Assembly (NCBI GenBank): GCA_951406725.2
Contig: OX597820.1
Location: 114,266,001-114,330,000 of the forward strand
Origin: Octopus vulgaris
Lineage: Eukaryota
DNA length: 64,000 nt
Direction of reading: 5' to 3'
Shown here: one piece after another, positions 25,591-36,600 of the stretch
Layout: each line of letters starts with the position of its first letter
How positions within the stretch are numbered: the first letter of the stretch is position 1
Translations under genes and position numbers: made by a program
The notes under the pieces: model-generated
What the model was told of the DNA's origin: nothing
The model's database searches: none
What the model saw: only the letters and a program-made list of their open reading frames with translations

Positions 25591-25900
25591 GGTGGAGGCA
25601 CATGGCCTAGTGGTTAGAGCAGCGGACTCACAGTCGAGGGATCGCAGGTTCAAATCTCAGACCAGATGATGTGTGTGTTTATGAGCGAAACACCTAAGCT
25701 CCATGCGGCTCCGGCAGAAGGTAATGGCAAAACTTCTGCTGACTCTTTCGCCACAACTTTCTCTCACTCTTTCCTCCTGCATCTTGCAGCTCACCTGCGA
25801 TGGACCGGCATCCCGTCCAGGTGGGGAACCTATATGCCAAGAAACCGGGAAACTGGCCCTTATGAGCCAGGCATGGCTCGAGAAGGAACAAACAACAAAA
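25591..25900 (+). mobile_element. tRNA-derived SINE with family D head and a different 3' half
   Basis: Shares its 5' ~190 bp with 57574, then diverges to CCTGCGATGGACCGGCATCCCGTCCAGG...(AAC)n. Confidence 0.8.
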
Positions 25901-26671
25901 CAAATACTTAGGATGTCAGGAGCATTAGACTGGACAAATAAAAATTTTACATCATCAATGACCCTGCATAGATTGCAAATTAAAATATGGGACTACAAAT
26001 AGGACACAGTGAATATAAACAAATGCGCAGGTAACAAACTTCATAATTTTTCTCTATAAATTTGGTGATGATAAAACATCAAGAGCACAAAGAAATGTTC
26101 TCCATTATCAAAGTAGCAACCACATCTAAATTCCTATCGAAGAGAAAGGGAGACAACAACAACCACCATCAAAACTGCAACCCTTACTGGGGACACCACA
26201 ACTATTACTAGGTTATAGATAGACAACTGCTATAAACTAACACCACCACTACTACTAGCTAGATGAATGACTACTACAAGCCATTGGGAACAGTAGCTAT
26301 TGCAGCTACTACTGCTGCTGCTGCTACTGCTACTACTACTGTCCTTCCTTCCTCCCACCACCAACAAATCTACCTCCACTAATTTTATTAACTGGCTGTC
26401 ATTGTCAACTAGCAACAATCAAAAGGAAATGAAATACAGTCCATGTAATTTTTATAAAAAGAATATGTAAAATTCCAGAACTGATATTATGGAAATTTGA
26501 TTCAATTTATTTCAATTTTTTTCCCCGTTGTATTTTAGCATGAAGAAGTCATCTTAAATGACTGAAACTGGAAGCTGCTTAGCTAAAAATGTGCATGTCT
26601 TGCTGTTTTCCATGTTAAACTTCTTTAAGCATTTTTCTTCTTCATATTTCTTCAATCTATATTTACTTATG

Positions 26672-26865
26672 TGCGGGTGGCACGTAAAAAGCACCCACTA
26701 CACTCACGGAGTGGTTGGCGTTAGGAAGGGCATCCAGCCGTAGAAACACTGCCAGATTTGACTGGGCCTGATGAAGCCTTCTGGCTTCACAGACCCCAGT
26801 AGAACCGTCCAACCCATGCTAGCATGGAAAACGGACGCTAAACGATGATGATGATGATGATGATG
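26672..26865 (+). mobile_element. SINE family B 3' part
   Basis: GGTGGCACGTAAAAAGCACCC...AGGAAGGGCATCCAGCC...GGACGCTAAAC(GAT)n. Confidence 0.8.
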
Positions 26866-27588
26866 TGTCACCTCTTAACCTTTTTTATATGTGTGTGTTT
26901 GAGCCTGTCTCTGCACCATTTGACAACCTGTGTTGGTGTGTTTACTTCCTCATAACTTAGTAATTTGCAAAAGAGACTGACAGTGCTAGACTTTAAAATG
27001 GACTACTAGGGTTAATTTGTTTGACTAAATCCCTTTAAGCTGTGCTCCAGCATGGCTGCAGTTCAATGACTGAAGCAAGTAAAAGATTATGGCTGCCAAA
27101 TCTATTTCTAAATGTGCTGAAAAGGAAAAAAACTTTGGAGAGTGTAGATATGCCAACAGACGAGATGATTATAAATGGAATGTCTCTGAGTGTAACCTGT
27201 CCAATCAGGGCTGATCTGGGGATACAAATACAAATAATATATGAAAAATTTTGTTCAAAACATATATATAGACAACCAAAAATTAGTTTTATAAGAGATT
27301 AAATTTTTTTATTTATTTTTGATTAGTAAAAAAATATTGATTCAAACATTTAAAAAAATAAATTATCCAATTTAAAATAATTTAAAAGAGCAAGAAATAA
27401 AAAATACTTATAAAACTTATTGAATTTATTTCATGGCAAGGCAAGAGACTGTATCATGTCATCATCATCATTTATTATTCATGTTCCATGCTGGTCCGAG
27501 AGGATCAAACAGATCCAGGGACTGCATTGTGCTCATCTGTTTATTTTGATATGGTTTTTAAGGCTGGATGCCCTTCATATGTGAATTA

Positions 27589-28512
27589 TCATAAGGGGGC
27601 ACTATTGTGTGTCCGAAGATGTGTGTTCAACGTTGACTTCCTGGAGAAGTTGTTTCCACAAATTTCACAGTGGAATGGTCTTTCCCCCGTGTGTCGCAGG
27701 CCATGTCTTTTCAAAGTAGATCTATCTGCAAAATTCTGACCACAGATTTCACAACTGAAAGGTTTTTCCCCTGTGTGAACTCTGAGATGTCCAGTCAGAG
27801 AATCACTTGACACAAACCCCTTCCCACAAACAACACACTGAAATGGTTTCTCGCCAGTGTGAATTCTTCTGTGACGACTCAATGTTGACCGTTCACCAAA
27901 GTTCCTCTCACAGATATCACAGGAATAGGGTTTTTCTCCCGTGTGTGTTTTTAAGTGGTTCGTTAAATCACTTTTACGAGAAAACCCTTTGTTACAAATG
28001 TCACATTGATATGGTCTTTCCCCAGTGTGGACCCGAAGATGACTCTTTAATTCACTCATATAAAAGAAACCCTTTTTACAGACCTGACATTTTAATGGTT
28101 TTTCTCTATCTGTAGACTTTTTGCGTTTTTTGTCGTTTTCATGGCGACGGGTCACTTCACCAGTGTGAATTTTAATATGTTCTTTTAAACAATAACTCCT
28201 GGAAAATAGTTTATCACAAGTCATGCACTGGAAAGGTTTCTCACCACTGTGTATTGCCATATGATTTACTAAAGTGCTGTTGTAACCAAAGTTTTCTCCA
28301 CATATTTCGCAGCTGTAAGGCTTCTCCTTGGTGTGGACCCTCCTGTGTCTCTTGTAATTAGAGTTGTTGTTGAAGCTTTTATCACATATTTCACAATTAT
28401 ATGGTTTCTCTCCTCTATGGATCCTCATGTGATTTACCAAATCTCCCTTTTGTAGAAAGGATTTCTCACAAACATTACATGTATAGGGCTGCACTGTTAC
28501 TTGATTTTGCAT
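27589..28512 (-). CDS. C2H2 (Kruppel-type) zinc-finger protein, 10 fingers (4+6), 307 aa
   Basis: Ten intact fingers with TGEKP/TGERP linkers and a basic KKRKK spacer after finger 4. First in-frame ATG is at 28512. Minus-strand acceptor TTTCAG at 28635-28630. Confidence 0.92.
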   Translation of the reverse strand: MQNQVTVQPYTCNVCEKSFLQKGDLVNHMRIHRGEKPYNCEICDKSFNNNSNYKRHRRVHTKEKPYSCEICGENFGYNSTLVNHMAIHSGEKPFQCMTCDKLFSRSYCLKEHIKIHTGEVTRRHENDKKRKKSTDREKPLKCQVCKKGFFYMSELKSHLRVHTGERPYQCDICNKGFSRKSDLTNHLKTHTGEKPYSCDICERNFGERSTLSRHRRIHTGEKPFQCVVCGKGFVSSDSLTGHLRVHTGEKPFSCEICGQNFADRSTLKRHGLRHTGERPFHCEICGNNFSRKSTLNTHLRTHNSAPL

Positions 28513-28859
28513 TTTATACAACCCTCGGCATGGTGATACATACAAGACTTGTTATCGCTCACAGGATGATAGCATTATCCAAAGTAGTGCAATGTCTGGG
28601 ACTTGAAATTGTTCTGCAATTAAGACAACCTGAAATTAAATGAAAAGGAAATGTTTGATTACAAATTACAAGAAGTCTCTCCCTTCATCTCTCACTGTAT
28701 TGTTTTATTGCTTAGCCACAGGAGGAATGCCTGAAATTAGGATCTTTTCAGAGCCTCACAGACAGGTAAAAGATAGCTATTCTCAACTTGGAAACCAGCA
28801 ACAGAATGGACTCAGTCAATAGTACCAAAGATGTCAGGTGGTAGTGTTAAAGGGTGAAA

Positions 28860-29420
28860 GACCCCCTTCAGTCATAAATGACTATGAGATTGAACCTAGA
28901 AAGTTCCCCTCCATGGTACAAGTCCGGCGAGCGGGCAGAAACGTTAGCACGCTGGGCGAAATGCTTAGCAGTATTTCGTCTGCAGCTATGTTCTGAGTTC
29001 AAATTCCGCTGAGGTCGAGTTTACCATTCATCCTTTCTGGGTCGATTAAATAAGTACTAGTTATGCACTGGGGTTGATATAATCGACTTAATCCGTTTGT
29101 CTGTCCTCTCTGTGTTTAGCCCCTTGTGGGTAGTAAAGAAATAGGTACAAGTCCAGGCAAATTTGTTTATGGAAGGCCAGCAGTTGCCCATGCATACCAG
29201 TTTCTCCTCTCCACACCACCAATGTTAACCAAGTGAAAGGCAAGGGCTCGACACCAGTGATGCCGCAACTCATTTTCATTTCTGCAGCTGAGTGAACTGG
29301 AGCAACATGATATAAAGTGTCTTAATCAAGAATACAACACACAGTGCAGTCCAGGATTTGAACTCACTACCTCATGATTGTGAATCCGATACTCGAACCA
29401 GTGAGCCATGCACCTCCACA
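28860..29420. mobile_element. Nested SINEs: family C (+, about 28926-29143) inside a minus-strand tRNA-headed SINE
   Basis: GGTACAAGTCC is duplicated on both sides of the inner element (28915 and 29144). The inner element matches 56248-56482. Confidence 0.75.
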
Positions 29421-30049
29421 GGTGTTAAACCCGATGAAACAGGAACCTAAACATTCTTTTCTACTCTAGACATAAGGCCCGAAATTTTGGGGGAGGGGGC
29501 CAGTCAATTAGATCAACCCCAGCATGCAACTGGTGCTTAATTTTTTGACCCTGAAAGGATGAAAGGCAAAGTTGACCTCAGCTGAATTTGAACCCAGAAT
29601 GTAAAGAGAGACAAAATACTGCTAAGCATTTCGCCCGGTGTGCTCATGTTTCTTGCCAGCTTGCCACCTTCAGGAACCTAAACATTACCAATTTTCCTAT
29701 TGTACTCACTGTTGGAGGTACACAACTCGTGTAACTATGCAATTCCAACTATGGATTTACTGATACCTGGGTGAATGTCAACACCTCAAAGGACAAATCA
29801 CTGCCTCTCTTTTTATGAATATATGTGTCATCATCATCATCATCATCATTTAGCATCTGCTTTCCATGCTAAATGGATTAGATGGTTTGACTGGAACTGG
29901 GAAGCTGGAGGGCTGCACCAGGCACCAGTTTATTTTGACTTAGTTTCTATGTCTGGATGCCCTTCCTAATGCCAGCCTCTCCACAGAGTGTACTAAGTGC
30001 CTTATATGAGTCACCAGTATGAATGCCTCTAATGTAGAGATTTCAAACT

Positions 30050-30492
30050 TTAAATCTTCAAAGCCACAGTCGAACCAACTCTACTATATGGCTCAGAAAC
30101 CTGGACATTATCAAAGAAGCTTGAGAGGCGGTTGGATGGAACTTACACTCGCCTCCTTATGAGAGCTCAAAATCTCTCGTGGAGGCGTCATCCAACCAAA
30201 GTACAAATATATGGGAAACCTACCACCTGTATCATCTCTTGTGAAAGGTAGAAGAGTCCAGTTTGCTGGACATTGTTGTAGAGCTGAAAACGAGGTAATT
30301 TCTACTCTTCTCCTCTGGAAGCCCATCTGCTCGCGGTACCAGAGAGCGCACATTCTCCTACCCTGATGTAATCTCCAGGGATACAGGCATCCAGCAACAG
30401 GACCTCCATAATGCTATGATGGACCGTGAAGTCTGGCGTAACATAGTAAATTCCATTGTCTCAACCACGGTCAAACAATGATGATGATGATG
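30050..30492 (+). mobile_element. RTE LINE 3' fragment
   Basis: FKATVEPTLLYGSETWTLSKKLERRLDGTYTRLL, FAGHC and MDREVWR, followed by a (GAT)n tail. Confidence 0.85.
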
Positions 30493-31137
30493 TCATCAGC
30501 ATGAGTACCTGTGGTTAATAATATATAAGGGAAAGAGGGCATATATAAAATGACAAATAGTAGACCTAAACCTGCCTGAGACCATTCCTAGTTCTGTGTT
30601 ACAAACTTTCTGTTTTAAAACGATCTAAATTAAAGCCTTTCATAAAACTGTTATACTAATTCATGTCTCAAATGCCAACTCAATCATGACAATGTTACTT
30701 TACTAAAATTTTCATTACTATCTAAATTAATAGAAACAGTGGCTATGTATTTCAACAGAAATAGGGCAACAAAAGGGTTAAGTAGGGTCTAGCAGTGAAG
30801 TAGCAGTGAAGGTGCCTGAACTGATTGAAGGCAATTAGTTGATAAGAGTTTGGCACAGCCTTCCAGCCTTAGTCAAACTGTCCAACCCATGACAGCATGG
30901 ACAACGGACTTTAAATGATGATGATGATGATGATGACATAAATGTAGCTTACATGGGTGAGAGATACGATCCACCACTACACAAATAACAATGATTACAA
31001 TTAGCTCTGATGCACATCTTTGAATTTGCGAAGCTGTTTAGCTATTGATATGACATTCCACAAAACGTGTGTGTTTACAGGGAGAAAAAATATTGAAAAA
31101 CATCAAAACATGTGAGAGTGACAAAGAAAGTAAGAAG

Positions 31138-31284
31138 GTGGTTGTGGGACGTGCTAGAAATGAGTAATGTGGTTGTGGGACGTGCTAGAAATGAGTAATG
31201 TGGTTGTGGGACGTGCTAGAAATGAGTAATGTGGTTGTGGGACGTGCTAGAAATGAGTAATGTGGTTGTGGGACATGCTAGAAA
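31138..31284. repeat. 31-bp minisatellite, about 4.7 copies
   Basis: Unit GTGGTTGTGGGACGTGCTAGAAATGAGTAAT. Four identical copies with no spacers. Confidence 0.95.
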
Positions 31285-31589
31285 TCTCTCTTAAACCACA
31301 TACTTTTCCATTTTTAAATATTTACAATTTTTTATATTTTTTTTATACTGAAAAGGCTTCTCCCATAGTTTTTAAGTACATTGTGTAAAAAGATCAGGAA
31401 AGGGGGTGAAGTGGAAAAAACAATGGATAAATTTTCCAAACTTTTTTCCATAAAAAGATGCCCCTTATCATTTTGAAGGTTGTGGTGAAAACAAATTGAA
31501 AAGGTCCAACTTATGTGGGCATCCTGATCCAAAACTCTGCCTAGACATCACTACTATGACTACTATTACTGATGCTGGTACAACTAGTA

Positions 31590-32530
31590 TTAACAATTCT
31601 AATTTTGGCACAATGCCTGCAATTTCATGAGGAGGGTTTAATTGATACATCAATCCAGTGCTCAGCTGATACTTATTTTATAGAACCCACCACAAAGGAT
31701 GAAAGTCAAAGATGACCTTTACAGAATTTTGAACTTAGAACATAGAGTCAGAACAAATGCCATTAGGTATTTCGTCCTATTTTGTGAATCCACCACCCTT
31801 AAATTGTTTTAAATTTAGACATATCACTAGCCATTTTGAGAGAAGGGGGCTCATGGATATCAACCCCAGTACTTTATTTCCTGAAAGTATAAAAGGCAAA
31901 GTTGACTGGTCAGATTTGAACCTAGAGTGTAAAGAATCAAAAGAAACGTCATAAAGCATTTTGTTTGTGCTCTAACAATTCTGCCAATCTGCTACCCTAA
32001 TAGCAATAACCCTTTCTACTGCAGGCACAAGGCCTGAAATTTGTAGGGAAGTAGGGCTAGTTAATTACATTGACCCCAGTATTCAACTATTACCTATATT
32101 ATCAATATCCAAAGGATTAAAGGCAAAGTTAACATCAGTGGTAGTTGAACTCAGAACATAATGAGCCAAGTAAAATGTTACTAAGCATTCTATCTGATGC
32201 CCTAATGATCCTGCCAGCTCACCACCCTAATAATATTGGTTTCAAATTTTAGCACAAGGTACTGAACTAGTACTTATTTTATTGACCCTGAAAGGGTGAA
32301 AGGCAAAGTCGACCTTGGGAAAATTTGGACTCAGAACCTTAAGACAGACAAAATGCTACCAAGAGTGTTGCCTGGCCTGCTAATGTTTCTGTCAGCTCAC
32401 TGCCTTCTAATATTGTTTTTAATAGAGGCCTGAAAAGAAATTTGGGGACTAGTCTATTATGTCAACTTCAGTACTCAACTGGTACTTTTATTTTATTGAC
32501 TTAGGGATAAAAGATTAAGATCTTGGCAGG
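31590..32530 (-). mobile_element. Head-to-tail array of about 5 family C SINEs
   Basis: Repeated AAAGGCAAAGT...TTTGAACTCAGAAC...CTGCCAGCTCAC units separated by short TAA-rich spacers. Confidence 0.75.
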
Positions 32531-33610
32531 ATTTGCTCTTGGAATGTAAAGAGCATTTTTAGCAACAAGTAAACAGCACATTTTAGCAGTTTGGCAATAA
32601 GCGACCAACAAGTATCAAACATAAAAAAAAAAAATGAAGGAGTGTTCATATTTTCTTTAGAAATGGACGAGAAGTGAAAATTTTGCCAGTGTTGATGGTG
32701 GTTAGAATAATGTATTGTTAACACTTGTTAACATCATTGTGTATTATTTGTGGACACTGAGTGCAGTATTCTGAAACTACGTTGAAAGATGAAATCCATA
32801 ATCGACCTTGCCCGGACTTGCATGTCGGAGGGTAACTCTCTAGGTGCAATCCCATGGTCATTCATGACCAAAGGCAGTCTTTACCATTTACCCTTTACAC
32901 AAGATAGTACTAATTACTGTATTTCCCAGACTACAAGTCGAATTTTTCAGACGAAAGTTTACAGCAAGAACAAAACAAAAGAAAGCTAGGTTAACTATGT
33001 TTGAATGTTTACAATTGTTTAAACTTTATGCTATGTTGACTTGGATGCTGGAAAATACAGCGGTCAGCATCTAAGCCACCTTCAAATCACAGCCTATAGG
33101 CATGAGTCTCTATGTTCTGCCAAGATATTCTTATTCTTTTATCCCTAAGTCAATAAAATAAAAGTACCAGTTGAGTACTGAAGTTCCCATAATAGACTAG
33201 TCCCCAAATTTCTTTTCAGGCCTCTATTAAAAACAATATTACAAGGCAGTGAGCTGACAGAAACATTAGCAGGCCAGGCAACACTCTTAGTAGCATTTTG
33301 TCTGTCTTAAGGTTCTGAGTCCAAATTCTTCCAAGGTTTTTATTCTTTTTTTTTTTTTTCACCCCACTTCGCCACCAAATCCTTTTTATAATTATTACGA
33401 AAACTGTTTCGTTAAATCTTACTTCTGTAAAATAATAAAACTTCAGAAACTGAACAGAAATGTGGCTTACAAAAGTTAACAACGACTTTATTTTTACTCA
33501 TTCCTGCAATCCACGACAGGTTAGAAATAGCAGCCGAATTCTCTCCATCACACTGTTATTACCTAATACAAGGAAAGAAACACAATGTAGACTTAGATAT
33601 AAAAAGGACT

Positions 33611-33798
33611 GGGTACTACTTGAGAACAGTGGTCCCGGTGCACGCACTGGCGTCGTCGCGCATCCGCGCTAGCTAGTCGTGACTAGCCGATCCTTACTTT
33701 GTCTTTTTGTGTGTTATTTTGTTTAAAAAATTATTTACTTTGTGTAAAAAAAACTACGAGTGTGCACGCACCGGGACCACTGTTCACTAGTAGTACCC
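33611..33798. mobile_element. CpG-rich MITE, copy 1
   Basis: GACT|GGGTACTACTTGAGAACAGTGGTCCCGGTGC...GCACCGGGACCACTGTTCACTAGTAGTACCC|GACT. Confidence 0.85.
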
Positions 33799-34567
33799 GA
33801 CTAGGATATTTTTAATCAGAGCTGACCTGGGGCTCAATAATTACTCTGAATACTAACAAAGGACCCTCTGTGTTGGCACACTCCTTGCTAGAAATAACAG
33901 CCAAATCTTCATAACTCACATGCTATCGTTTCAAGAATGGAAGGATAATGTAGTTCTAGATATACTATATTTGACAAAAATAAACTGGAACGTCTTTGAT
34001 CATATGGCTGAAGGTAAATAGTTAACCTATTGAACCAAAAGAAACCCAAAATCAACTGGTTAGTTCAGTATTTTAAGATGAAACGTGATTTACGCGATTT
34101 TAAGATGGAATGTGATTTACGCGCTTGACCTAAGAAGCACGTGTTTCCTAAGTTAGCGCGGTAAGGGAACTGGATCCCATAAAACAGGGTTGAATAATAA
34201 TAAATACTAAAGAATTCGGATAAATTCCAGAGCCTAAAATGTACACAGAACCAAAGAACAAAAACAGTGATCTGGATGTGATTTTCATTAGTAAGAAACA
34301 GGTACTTCGATTAGAGGTTGTGTTAACCTCATGAAGGGATGGTTTCATCCAAGGAAATACTGGTTCTATACCTAGTATTTTAAAGACTTGTGGGCGAAGT
34401 TTCGCTTTCGCCTCGCCTTGTGGGCCTAAACTTCGCCGTATTTAGATATTTCAACACACGGCCTGTTATGGAGTACCAATGTATGTGTATATATATATAT
34501 ATTAGATGTAGATATGTCAATTATTCATTTGAACGCCAAGCGAAAGCGTTTAATTATAACCTGATTT

Positions 34568-34761
34568 ACTTACCCGAAAGAAAGCAATATTGCCGTGATA
34601 CAATAGTAAAAATTTGAACAATGCCTCCGCGGTTTCGAGTCACTGAGACGATAAAGCGATCTCATAAGGAACGACAACTGGGGATGTACCCACAGCTTTA
34701 ATCCCGGGTACAGATTAATGATGCAAGGGTTGTATCTTGTATCAGTTGATCATCGTTTATT
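34568..34761 (-). promoter_or_regulatory. Candidate first exon and promoter of the minus-strand ZNF gene
   Basis: Unique CpG-retaining segment with a consensus minus-strand donor CGG|GTAAGT (GT at 34573-34572). Confidence 0.4.
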
Positions 34762-35069
34762 GGGCACTACTAGCGAACAGTGGTCCTGGTGCGCGAACAC
34801 GCTCAGTCGCGCATCCGCGCTAGCTAGTTGTGACTAGTCGATCCTAAAACGACTACCTAGCAAAGTAAATAAAATACAAAATAAATAATTTTTTTACACA
34901 AAATAAATAATTTTTGTTAAACAAAGTAAATAAAACACAAAAACACAATAAATAATTTTTTAAACAAAGTAAACAACAAAAAAAATCAAAGTAAGGATCG
35001 ACTAATCATGACTAGCTGGCGCGGATGTGCGCGTGCGCGCACCGGGACCACTGTTCGCTAGTAGTACCC
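34762..35069. mobile_element. CpG-rich MITE, copy 2
   Basis: TIRs GGGCACTACTAGCGAACAGTGGTCC / GGACCACTGTTCGCTAGTAGTACCC, with an A-rich internally repetitive core. Confidence 0.85.
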
Positions 35070-35084
35070 GTTAATTGAAATTAT

Positions 35085-35580
35085 AACCGCCGTCGGTTTT
35101 ATCTCGTATCCGAAAATTTAATTTCTTCTTTGCTTATCGCTTCCTTTATGGTAACGGCGTTGATTATGTCGATCAATTCTTTCATAGAAGAGTCTATGGC
35201 ACTGACTGCATGTTTGGTGGAGGACGAGGTCGATGCTTTGTCGAGCCTTTCTCACCTGCCGTTTGATTTCTTCCTTTTCTCTTCTGGTGGCTTCGAAGTT
35301 TTTGGTTCCAATGGTGGTGGAACACCGCCAGTTGGTACACGGTCTCGGGCTTGTGCCTCCAACGATTTAGGCTCAAGTCCAGTGGCTTTCAGTGTTGTTT
35401 TAAGTTGGTCCTTGTATCTTTGAAGACCCTGTGGTCTTTTTTCTGAAGGGAGCTCACCGAATAAGACTTGGCATTGGGTATCTTGATTCTTCCAGACAGT
35501 GTTTTATGATGAGCGATTCGATGCTTTGACTGTTGGTCCTTTCCGGGACTTTGTTATTGGTCACACAATATTCTCATTTG
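35085..35580 (-). mobile_element. RTE (BovB-like) LINE 3' fragment
   Basis: The minus strand reads SIESLIIK, QVLFGEL, RYKDQLKTTLK, ARDR..WR and a C-terminal CSQCHRLF. Confidence 0.8.
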
Positions 35581-36199
35581 CTGTTCAAGATTGAACAACG
35601 CTTTTACTGCCGAAAGCCTTCTAATTCTTGGATATCGTGACGATATAGAATCCAAGTTTCGCAGTAAGTTGTAAATGTAAACTTTTGCGCAGTCGCATTG
35701 CCTGCTAGAAATAACAGTTATATCTTTCACAAATTGATATCTTAGCTAGGGAGAAATTGTCTTTTATTTGTTCAACATTTTAAAAACCAAAATGAAGCAC
35801 TGGTTTAATGGAATATTGTTCAAGACTTCAAGAACTAGTCATATTTTTAAAGGGAGATAACAATGGAATATTCACTCAGTTGTTTGACAGAGTTATTGAT
35901 CTTCTAAATTTGCCATTATTTGTCAACCCCCAAGAAAGCTGTTTCAAGGTTTCTGCCTTACAAGAAATAACATCTAAGCCACCTTCAAATCACAGCCTAT
36001 AGGCATAAAAAATTGAATGATTCACTGCATAAAAAAGCTATAGATACTCATAAAGTAAAGTCTCATATGTAATATAGTGAAGGGAAAAAATTTAATTTAC
36101 TGAAATAATGCTTTTAGAGTGTTCAACCTCCAAAACACAGCATGAAATAACTCCATTTAAAGTTTTGGAGAATATAAACAAATGCACTATTGGAGTGAG

Positions 36200-36600
36200 C
36201 CGAGTTTTCAGGCAAACTCTTGATCATATTATATGTATACAGTATCTGAAAATACCCTCTGACATTCACCATATCTCGAGTATCATGTTTCTCTAATCAT
36301 TAACACGCTGAAGATTTGATATCTAAAAGCTGACATGGTAGAAGCCCACAAGTTTAGTCATTATCGTTTCAACAACAATTTTGGTCATCTTTTTTTATTC
36401 AATATCTCTACCCCTCATGGACATGTTTATAAAACGAATAAATAAATAATTGAAAGAATGAATAAATAAAGTTCACAACTTTCAAGAACATTTCCTTTTT
36501 CCCTCTTCAGAATCATCAAAGCATGGAATAAATTGCTTGAGTTGGTTATTTGTTGTCAGGATACTATCTTAACAAATTCTATGCTTCCCAAAATTGTCTA
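36200..36600 (+). mobile_element. Highly decayed CR1-like LINE 3' fragment
   Basis: Similar to 48400-48770 (CTGACATGGTAGA..CCCACAAG, CTCATGGACATG, AAGCATGGAATAAA). Confidence 0.55.

Noticed and set aside
31138-31284. CRISPR-like array of ~31-bp repeats
   Set aside because: The units are contiguous with no spacers, there are no cas genes, and the context is eukaryotic.
34622-34670. Third hammerhead on the minus strand (CTTATGAG...CTCGAAACCGCGGAGG)
   Set aside because: The core G5 and the cleavage-site U are missing, and stem I is only 2 bp.
33611-35069. Composite or Pack-type transposon capturing host DNA between two MITEs
   Set aside because: The outer flanks share no TSD, and each MITE has its own TIR pair.
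35130-35423. Plus-strand 97-aa ORF as a host gene
   Set aside because: It is the antisense shadow of an RTE LINE fragment.
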